A stretch of 63,148 nucleotides of DNA from a virus (IMGVR_UViG_3300046804_003073:1-63148), one strand, 5' to 3'; numbered from the stretch's first letter, positions 48,297 through 57,368 are shown. Translations and numbers: made by a program. The notes: generated by a model from the letters alone, not told the origin.

Positions 48297-49949
48297 ATGT
48301 CAACTAAATACTTGAAGATAACCAACAAGGCTGGAGAAGTATCCAGGATTCACTTGGAGAAACTTGGTCTTTCTACTAAAAGAAACGATCCAAATACTAT
48401 CGGTCAGTTTGGCTCAGGTATTAAGTTTGCCCCTATTGCTGCTTTGCGTAACGGTTGGGAATGGTGGTTTACTGGTCGTGATAGTAAGGGTGAATACAAG
48501 ATGCGCTATTCAACTGCGGTTGAAGATGGCATAGATTGTATCGTTTACGATTACGGTGATTATCAAAAGTCATCTTCGTTTACTGTTGATGCCGGCAGTT
48601 TGTCTTGGATTACTCCTTTCCAAATCTATCGTGAAGCGGTAGCAAATGCGTTTGATGAATCGCAAAACGGTGATTGGTCTATTAGTGTTGTAGATGAATC
48701 TAAATTACATCCTGTTGATGGTGAGTTTTCTGTATTTATTACAGCATCTCCAGAGTTGATGGAAGTACATAATAATTTTGATAAGTACTTTTCAAATAGC
48801 AGGAAAGTATTGCTGGCATCAAATCAATGCCAAATCATTGAGAAGATTGACAGCAGTATGAGGATTTATTGTCACAATGTGCTAGTTCACGAAAGCACTA
48901 ATGCAAAATCTGTGTTTGATTATAATATCAATAGTATTCGTCTTAACGAAGAAAGAAATATTGCTTCAATATGGGAAGTTGACTGGGAAATCTGTAGCAA
49001 GATTGTCCGACTTGATGATGTCTCTTTGATCAAGAGAATTATTAAGGCAAGTCAAAACAATTATGATGATACTGACTATAATGAAATTGAACGACTAACT
49101 AGTACACATTTGCAAGAGGGTAATATCAACCTTGCTTGGTTTGATGCTTTTGTTGAAATGTATGGTGATAACTGCGTTATTTATGATGCTCTTGGTCTTG
49201 AACTTGGAGTCGAATCATCAATTAAACTTCGTGGTTTTAATCCAGTGTATATCAAAAGCAAGAATCTGTTTAAACTTCTTAGTCTTGCTGAGGTTCGTAC
49301 ATATCAGGAAATTTTGGGTGAAGAGTGTTCCTTTATTTCTGATTATGATCTTAGTAAGTATCCTAATGTTGCTAGGGCGATTGAAATTGCTAGTTCGTTT
49401 ATCCCGGAAATCAATGACCTTGTAGCATCACAAAAAATTGGTGTATTTGAATCCGAATTGGATCGGAATCTTGGTCTGACTACCGGATGTAATGGAGAAA
49501 AAAGTAAGCGAAAGATCTTTATCAATAAGGATCATTCACACGATATGGTTGAATCAATCTTAGCAACCATTGTTCATGAGTTTGATCACTATGATACTGG
49601 TATTTCCGACAGTGATTATAGATTCTTTAGAGATGCTGCCGATAGGCGTATTGCATCTCTTATGATGAAATTTTACCAGGAAAAGTTCTATGAACTCCGT
49701 GATGGTGTGCTAACATTCCCAATGTCTCAGATATCAAGAATTGGTAGCAATCTTTCCTTTTCAATTACGAAGTCAGAAGATTTTTCCGTTATCAAGGTTG
49801 GCGACAGAGTGTTTATTGCTAACAAAGATATTGCTTTTGATGGTGGATCTGACAATTTGTCAGGAACACTTGTTGTTAATTCATCCGCTGATGGTTTTGT
49901 GATTCCATCACTTGCCAGTGTTGAAATTGTAGGAGTTATGAATGTATAG
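48297..49949 (+). CDS. GHKL-like ATPase region plus HExxH motif (rIIA-like/uncertain)
   Basis: 'LGLSTKR...IGQFGSGIK', 'REAVANAFDE', 'IVHEFDH'. Confidence 0.55.
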   Translation: MSTKYLKITNKAGEVSRIHLEKLGLSTKRNDPNTIGQFGSGIKFAPIAALRNGWEWWFTGRDSKGEYKMRYSTAVEDGIDCIVYDYGDYQKSSSFTVDAGSLSWITPFQIYREAVANAFDESQNGDWSISVVDESKLHPVDGEFSVFITASPELMEVHNNFDKYFSNSRKVLLASNQCQIIEKIDSSMRIYCHNVLVHESTNAKSVFDYNINSIRLNEERNIASIWEVDWEICSKIVRLDDVSLIKRIIKASQNNYDDTDYNEIERLTSTHLQEGNINLAWFDAFVEMYGDNCVIYDALGLELGVESSIKLRGFNPVYIKSKNLFKLLSLAEVRTYQEILGEECSFISDYDLSKYPNVARAIEIASSFIPEINDLVASQKIGVFESELDRNLGLTTGCNGEKSKRKIFINKDHSHDMVESILATIVHEFDHYDTGISDSDYRFFRDAADRRIASLMMKFYQEKFYELRDGVLTFPMSQISRIGSNLSFSITKSEDFSVIKVGDRVFIANKDIAFDGGSDNLSGTLVVNSSADGFVIPSLASVEIVGVMNV

Positions 49950-50068
49950 ATTAACTTATCTATTTTGTGGACTAATTTGTGTCGGTGCTGTATTGCTTTT
50001 CTTCCCGATATTCATTTTGTGTGCTATGATGTGGGGTATTGCAGCTCTAGTGGTTATGTTAGGATAAT

Positions 50069-50452
50069 ATGCCGAAGTTTGATAATTATTTTGTTGTAGA
50101 GTTTAGAATTCCAGTTAGAGTTGATGATTCTTCTTCTGTGCAAGAAGCTTTGAGTAAGGCAAATAGAATCTGTCAGCGACAACATGGATTTAAGCCTGAT
50201 AATTGGTATGCAAGAATATTTGAATACACAACTGGTGAGGATGTAGTTGGTCCTTTCAAAGAGTATTTCTATAATCCATACTCTGCAACATACAGAGAGA
50301 TTACAAAGAATCACGGTTATCACAACGATCTTATTAAGGCTGGTATTAACCCAGAAGATGGTTTTGATTACGAACAGGTTTCTAAGAACCTAGAACTTGA
50401 ACCCGAAATTGACATTAGAATTGAGGATTACGATGGTGATGATGAGGATTGA
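50069..50452 (+). CDS. Hypothetical protein
   Basis: AGGA RBS. Confidence 0.55.
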   Translation: MPKFDNYFVVEFRIPVRVDDSSSVQEALSKANRICQRQHGFKPDNWYARIFEYTTGEDVVGPFKEYFYNPYSATYREITKNHGYHNDLIKAGINPEDGFDYEQVSKNLELEPEIDIRIEDYDGDDED

Positions 50453-50702
50453 TATTGATGATATCAAGTCAAGCAATGTGACTGGTATTACATTTATGGC
50501 TGAAGAAGATAACGATAAATTCGTTAATCATTCAGCGGTTAGGGGAACCTTATTGGTCGAGTATTCTACCGGTGATGTTTATAGATATTTTGATGTGCAT
50601 TTTGCCGCTATTATGAATATCTTTAATGGTGCTTCTGTCGGTTCAAATCTTAATAAGTCAATTAAGACATATAGATATGAAAAGGTTGCGGTGATGAACT
50701 GA
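50442..50702 (+). CDS. KTSC-domain protein
   Basis: 'SSNV...TLLVEY..G.VYRYFDV...ASVG..LNKSIK'. Confidence 0.7.
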   Translation: MRIDIDDIKSSNVTGITFMAEEDNDKFVNHSAVRGTLLVEYSTGDVYRYFDVHFAAIMNIFNGASVGSNLNKSIKTYRYEKVAVMN

Positions 50703-50956
50703 TGTTATCAAGAAGATTAAGCAGAAAATTTAAGCAAATGAGAAGTGCTGCATCTCAGGAACAAGATCCTGGTCTTGAATTCTGTGTTAGATGGACAGAG
50801 CATCTCGTAGCTCTAATGAAGAAACATAAGTCTGATAAAGAATTTACCGATGAAGTATTGAATTCTGCTCTAGATTATTTCAAAAATAGCATGAGTGATC
50901 AAGACAGGCTTGATGTGTTTGCAATCTTGCTGAGAAAATCGGTATTTGGCAAGTAA
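50702..50956 (+). CDS. Hypothetical protein
   Basis: TGATG coupling. Confidence 0.5.
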   Translation: MLSRRLSRKFKQMRSAASQEQDPGLEFCVRWTEHLVALMKKHKSDKEFTDEVLNSALDYFKNSMSDQDRLDVFAILLRKSVFGK

Positions 50957-50961
50957 ATTAG

Positions 50962-51034
50962 GGGCGTATAGCCCAATGGCAGAGGCAGAAGACTTAAAAT
51001 CTTTTCAGTATGGGTTCGAGTCCCATTACGCCCA
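50962..51034 (+). tRNA. tRNA-Leu(TAA), short variable arm
   Basis: Acceptor GGGCGTA/TACGCCC, anticodon loop CTTAAAA, T-arm ATGGG-TTCGAGT-CCCAT. Confidence 0.88.
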
Positions 51035-51066
51035 CTATTTATAAATAAACAAACAAGGAGAAACTG

Positions 51067-51564
51067 ATGGGTACATATATTTATATTCGTGGAACTCTTA
51101 CGATTAAGAAGAGTCAAATCGATGATGCTATGAAAGCTATCAAAGATTTGAATAATCATGATGAACTTAAGCGTGGTGGTTCAAAGACTGAAAAATGGTT
51201 TGCTTGGGTTCCTGAAGATTACGATCAGAAAGTGGAAACTCTTGAAGATGTATTCTCAATGGTCCTAGGTTTTGACATGAGCATTGATAATGAGAATGAT
51301 GATAAGATCACATATAGCTTTAATTATAGTGACAAATGGGGTCAGCATGAAGTATTTTTTGTTACACTTGCGCCATTCTGTGAGTCACTTGTTATTGATC
51401 ATCTTTGTGATGAACTTGAATATGAGCAACAGAAATGGACAATTGCTCTAAATCCAGAGACTAAGAAGGTTCATATTCTTGAACCGGTAATAACAATTAT
51501 TTATCCAGATATGGATGAATCAAATGAGATAACTGTTGATTCGTTTAGACCTATTAGCTATTGA
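51067..51564 (+). CDS. Hypothetical protein
   Basis: AAGGAG RBS. Confidence 0.6.
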   Translation: MGTYIYIRGTLTIKKSQIDDAMKAIKDLNNHDELKRGGSKTEKWFAWVPEDYDQKVETLEDVFSMVLGFDMSIDNENDDKITYSFNYSDKWGQHEVFFVTLAPFCESLVIDHLCDELEYEQQKWTIALNPETKKVHILEPVITIIYPDMDESNEITVDSFRPISY

Positions 51565-51571
51565 GGATAAC

Positions 51572-51757
51572 ATGAAAGATAATATCAGATTAATGCTAGT
51601 GGATGAGATTAAGATTCTTATTGCATCTGGGAAATTTTATGAATACAAAGATTTCTTAAAGCATTTGCATGTTTCAAAGAAATTTAATCTCAAAGGTCAT
51701 ATGATTTCAAATAGATATTTGTATGGAGCTCTCGTTAGGGAAGCAAAATCTATTTGA
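51572..51757 (+). CDS. Hypothetical protein
   Basis: GAGGA RBS. Confidence 0.45.
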   Translation: MKDNIRLMLVDEIKILIASGKFYEYKDFLKHLHVSKKFNLKGHMISNRYLYGALVREAKSI

Positions 51758-51769
51758 TTCATAGATTAA

Positions 51770-51841
51770 GCCCCTGTCGTCTACTGGTTAGGACAACACT
51801 CTTATAAAGTGTTTAAGGTGGTTCAATTCCACCCAGGGGTA
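51770..51841 (+). tRNA. tRNA-Ile(TAT)
   Basis: Acceptor GCCCCTG/CAGGGGT, anticodon arm ACACT-CTTATAA-AGTGT, T-arm GGTGG-TTCAATT-CCACC. Confidence 0.85.
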
Positions 51842-52007
51842 CTCATTATATTAGAGATGATATAATGGTTAAATGTAATTTTGGGAGGTGGTTGTTATAG
51901 ATATACCTTATTAGTAAAGCGATTTGTTTGTAGGCAATTTCGTTTTGCTACTGAAAATGCGATGCCGAAAACGGTTTTCGTTTAGACACACATCTGAAGG
52001 AGCAAAT

Positions 52008-52595
52008 ATGAAAATTTTAACTTTAATTGTTGCGCTAAGTGTTGGAGCGCTAATAGCAGGACCAGTTGTTGTATCTCAAACTACTGATGATATAGCAACT
52101 ATTAGTCCAATCAGTCTTACGGCTGATAGGCATTTAAATGAAGTAATTAATGAAACAACTACACAGCCTCCGCTTCCTGATATTGATTGGGTAGCATTTG
52201 ATCTTTTCTTGAAAGAAGCAAAGATGAAAGAGGATATTGCTAAGTATGGCGATTGTGGTCAATGGCACGATTTAGCAATTTCTGTTGGCTGGCCTGAAAG
52301 TGAATGGGATACTTTGTCCTATGTTATTCATAGAGAAAGTCGGTGTAATGTGGATAGTCACAACAAAACTGATCCTATGAGTGGTAGCCGGGGATTAATG
52401 CAAATTAATGGCTACTGGTGCAGACCCAGCCAATGGTCTAAGAATGGCTGGCTACAAGATAGAGGCATTCTTAATGTATGCGACGATCTATTTAGTCCTG
52501 AAATTAATCTGCGTGCCGGCTTAGAAATATGGCAATACGGAGAAGAAAAGCATGGTTGTGGTTGGCGAGGTCCATGGGCAACTAAATGCAAATAA
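52008..52595 (+). CDS. Secreted lytic transglycosylase (SLT/lysozyme-like)
   Basis: N-terminal signal peptide; 'IHRESRC', 'SRGLMQIN..W', 'P.INL.A', 'GW..PW'; AAGGAG RBS. Confidence 0.8.
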   Translation: MKILTLIVALSVGALIAGPVVVSQTTDDIATISPISLTADRHLNEVINETTTQPPLPDIDWVAFDLFLKEAKMKEDIAKYGDCGQWHDLAISVGWPESEWDTLSYVIHRESRCNVDSHNKTDPMSGSRGLMQINGYWCRPSQWSKNGWLQDRGILNVCDDLFSPEINLRAGLEIWQYGEEKHGCGWRGPWATKCK

Positions 52596-52604
52596 TTTAA
52601 AGGT

Positions 52605-52748
52605 TTGAGATAGACTAGCCCCTTACCTTTCGGGGTGAAGGAAATTCTGCAAGTATATTAATGGGTTACTTCGTGTCAGGTTATTATACTTGTTAAGTCC
52701 AATGGTCATAGCACATTTGTGTTGGTTAAGGATTTCCGTCTATCTCAA
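52605..52748 (+). ncRNA. Candidate structured RNA
   Basis: Closing stem TTGAGATAGAC/GTCTATCTCAA plus nested stems. Confidence 0.45.
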
Positions 52749-52751
52749 TTA

Positions 52752-52823
52752 GACTCAGTAGCTCAATGGTAGAGCAGTAGACTTTTAATCTATTGGTTGT
52801 AGGTTCAAATCCTACCTGAGTCA
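52752..52823 (+). tRNA. tRNA-Lys(TTT)
   Basis: Acceptor GACTCAG/CTGAGTC, loop CTTTTAA, GGTTCAAATCC. Confidence 0.92.
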
Positions 52824-52999
52824 CAGAGATGGAATACATTAGTAGAAAGGAAACCTCCGAGAGCAAACCATAATGGAGTATTCTGTCTCTAGTTTTTGTT
52901 CATGGAGCAAGAATGAACTGTATAATCTTCATTCGGGAATATTGGGCAACTCCTGCCGTAAAACAAACAACCTGAGTATGTTGTAAAACTACTCATTAT

Positions 53000-53072
<73 letters not shown>

Positions 53073-53074
53073 CT

Positions 53075-53204
53075 GAGTCAGGCATAGCATTTGTATTGCA
53101 CAACACGCTACTTAACAACAACAAAAAATGGAATGAAAATCGGCAAGGCAACTTGCTTACCGTCAGTGTTGTGTGGTATGTTCACCAAATGCTATGTCTG
53201 ACTC
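53075..53204 (+). ncRNA. Candidate rod-shaped RNA
   Basis: 19-bp closing stem, second ~13-bp stem, A-rich bubble, followed by a T-run. Confidence 0.5.
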
Positions 53205-53236
53205 TTTCTTTATAAAAGCAGCAGGAGAGGTAAAAA

Positions 53237-53668
53237 ATGTATAAGCCAACATCATTCAACAACGAAACAATGCATGCCATGAAATATCTATATCTTTTTG
53301 ATCGTCGTGGTGAGATTGTAAGAGAAATTATGAAAAATTGCGATGAGGATGTGTCAAATTTTCCTGAGATTGTTGGGAAAGCTTTTATTGAATCAATGAG
53401 AGTTTTGCAATTGGAAACTGGTATGCTTGACGAAAATCTTGATGATGCAGTCGCTATCGGCACTATGATTGCTGAGTATAGATTTATGATGAATATGAGC
53501 GAGGAAGAGCGTAATGAATATATTGACTTCGTTGAAAACTCAACAGAAGATGATATTCCTGAGGATTTCAAAGAAGTTTTAAATACCTTAAAGGAAACAA
53601 GAGAAGACACTAAGCAAATAAACAATTTGTTCAAGAAACTTATAAACGATTTTACTGATGAGGTGTAA
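53237..53668 (+). CDS. Hypothetical protein
   Basis: GGAGAGG RBS. Confidence 0.6.
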   Translation: MYKPTSFNNETMHAMKYLYLFDRRGEIVREIMKNCDEDVSNFPEIVGKAFIESMRVLQLETGMLDENLDDAVAIGTMIAEYRFMMNMSEEERNEYIDFVENSTEDDIPEDFKEVLNTLKETREDTKQINNLFKKLINDFTDEV

Positions 53669-53671
53669 CTG

Positions 53672-53917
53672 ATGGAAGAAGATAACGAATTTGCATTAGA
53701 AAAGATTCATCATCTTACATTGTCAATTTATAATAATATGATTGGCATTGTAAATTTTTGGGGGTTATTATCAGATGAAACAGCAGAAATAATCAGCGGC
53801 TCAGATAATGGATATCCATTTGAAGAAGATCTTGCAGAAATAACTCATAGATTTGGTCAATGGTCTATTAAAATAAGAGAAGAAATGTACAGACTAGGAG
53901 TGGGGTTAAATGGATAG
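53672..53917 (+). CDS. Hypothetical protein
   Basis: GAGG RBS; 'YPFEEDL'. Confidence 0.55.
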   Translation: MEEDNEFALEKIHHLTLSIYNNMIGIVNFWGLLSDETAEIISGSDNGYPFEEDLAEITHRFGQWSIKIREEMYRLGVGLNG

Positions 53918-54365
53918 TCAAGTGAAAAAAATGTGGGTTGATGCTCTTAAATCAGGTGATTATAAACAAGGAGTAGGTTATCTTCATTCAATTCATGAGA
54001 ATGAACACGCTTACTGTTGTTTAGGTGTTTTATGTGAACTTGCTATTGAAAATGGTGTGGAATTAGAAGTTAAACATGACACTGTAGTAGCAAAATGGTC
54101 AGATGGACCTGGGCTGTTTACATATGATGGAGAGACAGGCTTTCTCCCAGAAAGTGTTAGGCAATGGGCTGATCTTGATGAATGCAATCCAATGATCTAT
54201 CTTGAACATTTCTGCAAGACAGAAGAAGAAGTAGATAGAGTATATAATGATCTTGCTCAAGATCCTGAAATTCAAGAAGACGATCTTTGTTTTATAATAA
54301 GTGAATTTAATGATAAGGGTTATTCCTTTCAACAAATTGCAGACATAATCGACAAATCACTATAA
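53910..54365 (+). CDS. Conserved phage hypothetical protein
   Basis: 'WVDALKSG.YKQG.G.L...YCCLGVLCEL...ND...SF.QIAD.I'. Confidence 0.7.
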   Translation: MDSQVKKMWVDALKSGDYKQGVGYLHSIHENEHAYCCLGVLCELAIENGVELEVKHDTVVAKWSDGPGLFTYDGETGFLPESVRQWADLDECNPMIYLEHFCKTEEEVDRVYNDLAQDPEIQEDDLCFIISEFNDKGYSFQQIADIIDKSL

Positions 54366-54376
54366 AGGAGAATAAA

Positions 54377-54958
54377 ATGACAAATTTAGCGGAACTAAAC
54401 AGAGTTTATGTATCATCTGATGATGAGGCAGTTGCTGTAATTGTAAGACACTTACTGTCACAAAAAGAAACTTGCAATGGTCCAAATGGAGACTGTGCAT
54501 ATAGAGGAATGACAGAAAATATTTATGATGAGCAATATGAAAATATTATTGAGTATGGTGTTTATGATGGGAAATCTTGTGCTGTCGGCTGTCTTGTTAA
54601 AGAACAGTTCTATGACAGCAATATTGAGGGTGAAACAGCGGATAACACATTAGTTCAAGAAATTCTTAAAAAATCTCACCCTGACTGGGAATTTTCTGAA
54701 AATACGACATGGATTTTGTCTCTATTGCAGAAAATTCATGACAGAGTTCCTGATGATCAATGGGTATACGTTTTGAGGCAATTTATAATTTATTATAAAA
54801 GTCCTATACTTCAAGGAAAAATTGATATTGATGACGCATTGGACTGGCTAAAAGCCAGGGCTTTTGACAGAATAGCTACATCTAATGTGTATTATGATAA
54901 TGAAGAAAAGTTTGTTTTAAATGAAATCAATGAAATTCTTCAAAAGAAGGAGAGTTAA
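54377..54958 (+). CDS. Conserved phage hypothetical protein
   Basis: 'HLLSQ...CAYRG...CAVGCL...LQKIHD'. Confidence 0.65.
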   Translation: MTNLAELNRVYVSSDDEAVAVIVRHLLSQKETCNGPNGDCAYRGMTENIYDEQYENIIEYGVYDGKSCAVGCLVKEQFYDSNIEGETADNTLVQEILKKSHPDWEFSENTTWILSLLQKIHDRVPDDQWVYVLRQFIIYYKSPILQGKIDIDDALDWLKARAFDRIATSNVYYDNEEKFVLNEINEILQKKES

Positions 54959-55165
54959 ATGGCATCTAAAAAACCGGCAAAGGTATCATCACATGAAAAG
55001 AAAGTTAATACTCTTATTGGCAATTCCGTTCTCTATTTTGGGAATCGTGATAAGCCTTACAATTGTTCTTCTTGTGGGCGGGTATTTATCAAAGGATTCG
55101 TCTATGAGAAGGATAGCAAAAGCGCATGCACAAGGCAATGCCTTGCTGAACTACTCCAAATATAA
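54959..55165 (+). CDS. Small zinc-finger protein
   Basis: AAGGAG RBS; CSSC...CTRQC. Confidence 0.55.
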   Translation: MASKKPAKVSSHEKKVNTLIGNSVLYFGNRDKPYNCSSCGRVFIKGFVYEKDSKSACTRQCLAELLQI

Positions 55166-55370
55166 TTGGGAGTGATCGTGAGATCATATTTGTGCGTTGA
55201 TTGTCTAATAACAATCAATGATGATGACATTGAGGGTGGTGCTATGTATACCGGCCCTAGATGTAAAATATGCAGAGAAGAATACTGGGATGAGTGCTGC
55301 TTTGAATGCGGTGCTAGTCCTGGGGAAGATCATGCAAATGATTGCAAAGAAAGATTCAGATTGGATAATC

Positions 55371-55550
55371 ATGACAAACTCGTTTGAAAATATTGGTCAA
55401 GATGTTGAAATAGAGCCAGTTGACTCCCTTAAGTGTTATTTAGTAATCGCCGGCAAGAGGATTACTGAATTTAATGGAGAGACTTGTTATATGGATGCCC
55501 AAAGGATGGGATTTGATGTATTGATGAAGAGGATTTATGGCAACAACTGA
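55371..55550 (+). CDS. Hypothetical protein
   Basis: 'FNGETCYMDAQR'. Confidence 0.5.
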   Translation: MTNSFENIGQDVEIEPVDSLKCYLVIAGKRITEFNGETCYMDAQRMGFDVLMKRIYGNN

Positions 55551-55785
55551 ACTTTTACCCATTGGTCTACCTGAATACATCGTAGCAACGAGAAAGATTA
55601 CCTACGATATAAAGGAGGTCATACAGTCATACAAAGATGTATGGGATGCCGAACCTAATATACATGATGTTATAGGATTAATTTCTGACTGGGTGGTTGA
55701 AGATTTATCTTGTGGTTGGGGTCATTATGTTGATATAGACGAGGTTAGTTTCACAGACATTAACGGGAATGAGGTTGATCTTTGA
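55537..55785 (+). CDS. Hypothetical protein
   Basis: GAGGA RBS. Confidence 0.55.
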   Translation: MATTELLPIGLPEYIVATRKITYDIKEVIQSYKDVWDAEPNIHDVIGLISDWVVEDLSCGWGHYVDIDEVSFTDINGNEVDL

Positions 55786-56186
55786 GTACAAACAATATGT
55801 TTAAATTCAGGTGGGTTGTATGTTATGATCCACTTCGTAAAAGCGATGTTTTTTACTGTGATGGTTATCATCATACTCCTCTTTTATACATAGAGTTTAA
55901 AGATGAGACAGTGATGATTGCCTGTGATGGTGAAATGCATTTTGAATATAACGATGTTATAGTCAGAAATTCTGAAGACTTATTTGAAGCAGGTATTCGT
56001 ACAGATGCCGACTGGGTTAAGGCTATACATGAACTAGAAGATTGTTTACTTCCTTGGTTTGATGCCTATGAATGGGATGAAGATTACAAAGAATGGAAAC
56101 ATCTAGACATGGTTAACAGTGAATACGAAGACATTATTCTACAAGCACAACGATACTTAATGGAGAAAACAAATGAAACTGTCTGA
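55782..56186 (+). CDS. Hypothetical protein
   Basis: TTGA coupling. Confidence 0.55.
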   Translation: MSTNNMFKFRWVVCYDPLRKSDVFYCDGYHHTPLLYIEFKDETVMIACDGEMHFEYNDVIVRNSEDLFEAGIRTDADWVKAIHELEDCLLPWFDAYEWDEDYKEWKHLDMVNSEYEDIILQAQRYLMEKTNETV

Positions 56187-56421
56187 TCACGAAATCAAGG
56201 AAAAAGATTATCTGACTAAATACTACGCGGTTCTTGAGGGGGCAACTATTGAGTCCATCTCAGTAGTAGCCGAAAGTGATTACGGCTCAGTTAACTTCTG
56301 GCCAACTTTCAAAATTAAGACCAAGAATGGTGAGGATTTTGTTTTGGAAATCTCTCAAGATCCAGAAGGTAATGGACCAGGGTTTGTTTTTGGTCTTCCT
56401 ACGCCCTCTGTAAGCCGATAG
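56173..56421 (+). CDS. Hypothetical protein (QDPEGNGPG family)
   Basis: 'YYAVLEGATI...SQDPEGNGPGF..GLP'. Confidence 0.6.
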   Translation: MKLSDHEIKEKDYLTKYYAVLEGATIESISVVAESDYGSVNFWPTFKIKTKNGEDFVLEISQDPEGNGPGFVFGLPTPSVSR

Positions 56422-56432
56422 GAGACATTTAA

Positions 56433-56723
56433 ATGAATCATAAGCATCATTTCACCGACATGGAATTAGAATACGTTAGAACGAATTATGGATGGATGGC
56501 TCATTATTACAAAAGCCTGCAAGGTGCAGCAGTTAAAAAGATTTATATTGGAGTTTCTGACGACTCCGATATGATTGTTTGCCCGGTTATTGAGTTTGAA
56601 TTGACAAACGGAGAGACATATTTGTGCGATGTTGTTTGTGCAAATGATCTTGAAGCACCTGGCTTTATTTCTGGTTTACCGTTTGATTCATCGTCAATAA
56701 ATACACCCAAGATTGGTGAATAA
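56433..56723 (+). CDS. Hypothetical protein; diverged paralog of 56173..56421
   Basis: 'YYKSLQGA.V...NGE...PGFISGLP'. Confidence 0.55.
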   Translation: MNHKHHFTDMELEYVRTNYGWMAHYYKSLQGAAVKKIYIGVSDDSDMIVCPVIEFELTNGETYLCDVVCANDLEAPGFISGLPFDSSSINTPKIGE

Positions 56724-56830
56724 TATTCATAAGGAATATTGAATAAAAATTCATGAGGATGCAATGAAATACATCTTACATTTTTTCATTATACTGACAA
56801 TATCAACAATAGTTTTAGCGAGGTTTAGAA

Positions 56831-57085
56831 ATGACTAGAGAATATGAATACGGAGCAGGAGTCCAGTTTATTTGTGAATACATGAGTGTATTTACAGAAG
56901 CTTGGTTAATGACTCATGAGTATTTTGACATTGATGATGCTGAGGATTTGGTGATTAATCACGCGGATGAATTTATCAGTGAGCATTATGGTTTTAACAT
57001 CAGAAATTTTGCTACGGTCGATATTGAGGTTCTTTGGAACAAATACCCAGAAGATGAGGATGATTATATTGAATGGCAAGCCTAA
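56831..57085 (+). CDS. Hypothetical acidic protein
   Basis: GAGG RBS. Confidence 0.55.
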   Translation: MTREYEYGAGVQFICEYMSVFTEAWLMTHEYFDIDDAEDLVINHADEFISEHYGFNIRNFATVDIEVLWNKYPEDEDDYIEWQA

Positions 57086-57368
57086 GATAACGCAAATAAT
57101 CTTTGATGAGGGTGTTTTTGATCTGATTTGGTGTGTCATAGCCCAAACAGATTATGAAGACATAGTTGCTACCTTTGAATGTTTTATATGCATAAACAAT
57201 CCATGGGTTAACTTTGCCGATAACGTATCAGAAAAGCTCAGGAAGTTTGATGAGACCAGCATTTATGCCTATGCTGAGGGAATTGAAGAGTTTGAAAGTT
57301 GGTTTGTAAATGGGGGATGGGATTTTAAAATCCTTGACTATGAAAAGGAAGAAAATGCTGACACCTGA
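57060..57368 (+). CDS. Hypothetical protein
   Basis: Tightly packed ORF; start uncertain. Confidence 0.5.
   Translation: MIILNGKPKITQIIFDEGVFDLIWCVIAQTDYEDIVATFECFICINNPWVNFADNVSEKLRKFDETSIYAYAEGIEEFESWFVNGGWDFKILDYEKEENADT

Noticed and set aside
51900-52007. c-di-AMP (ydaO) riboswitch upstream of the transglycosylase
   Set aside because: The context is plausible, but the conserved GCTGAA/GGGGA/CCCGTCAGCTAAC elements are absent.
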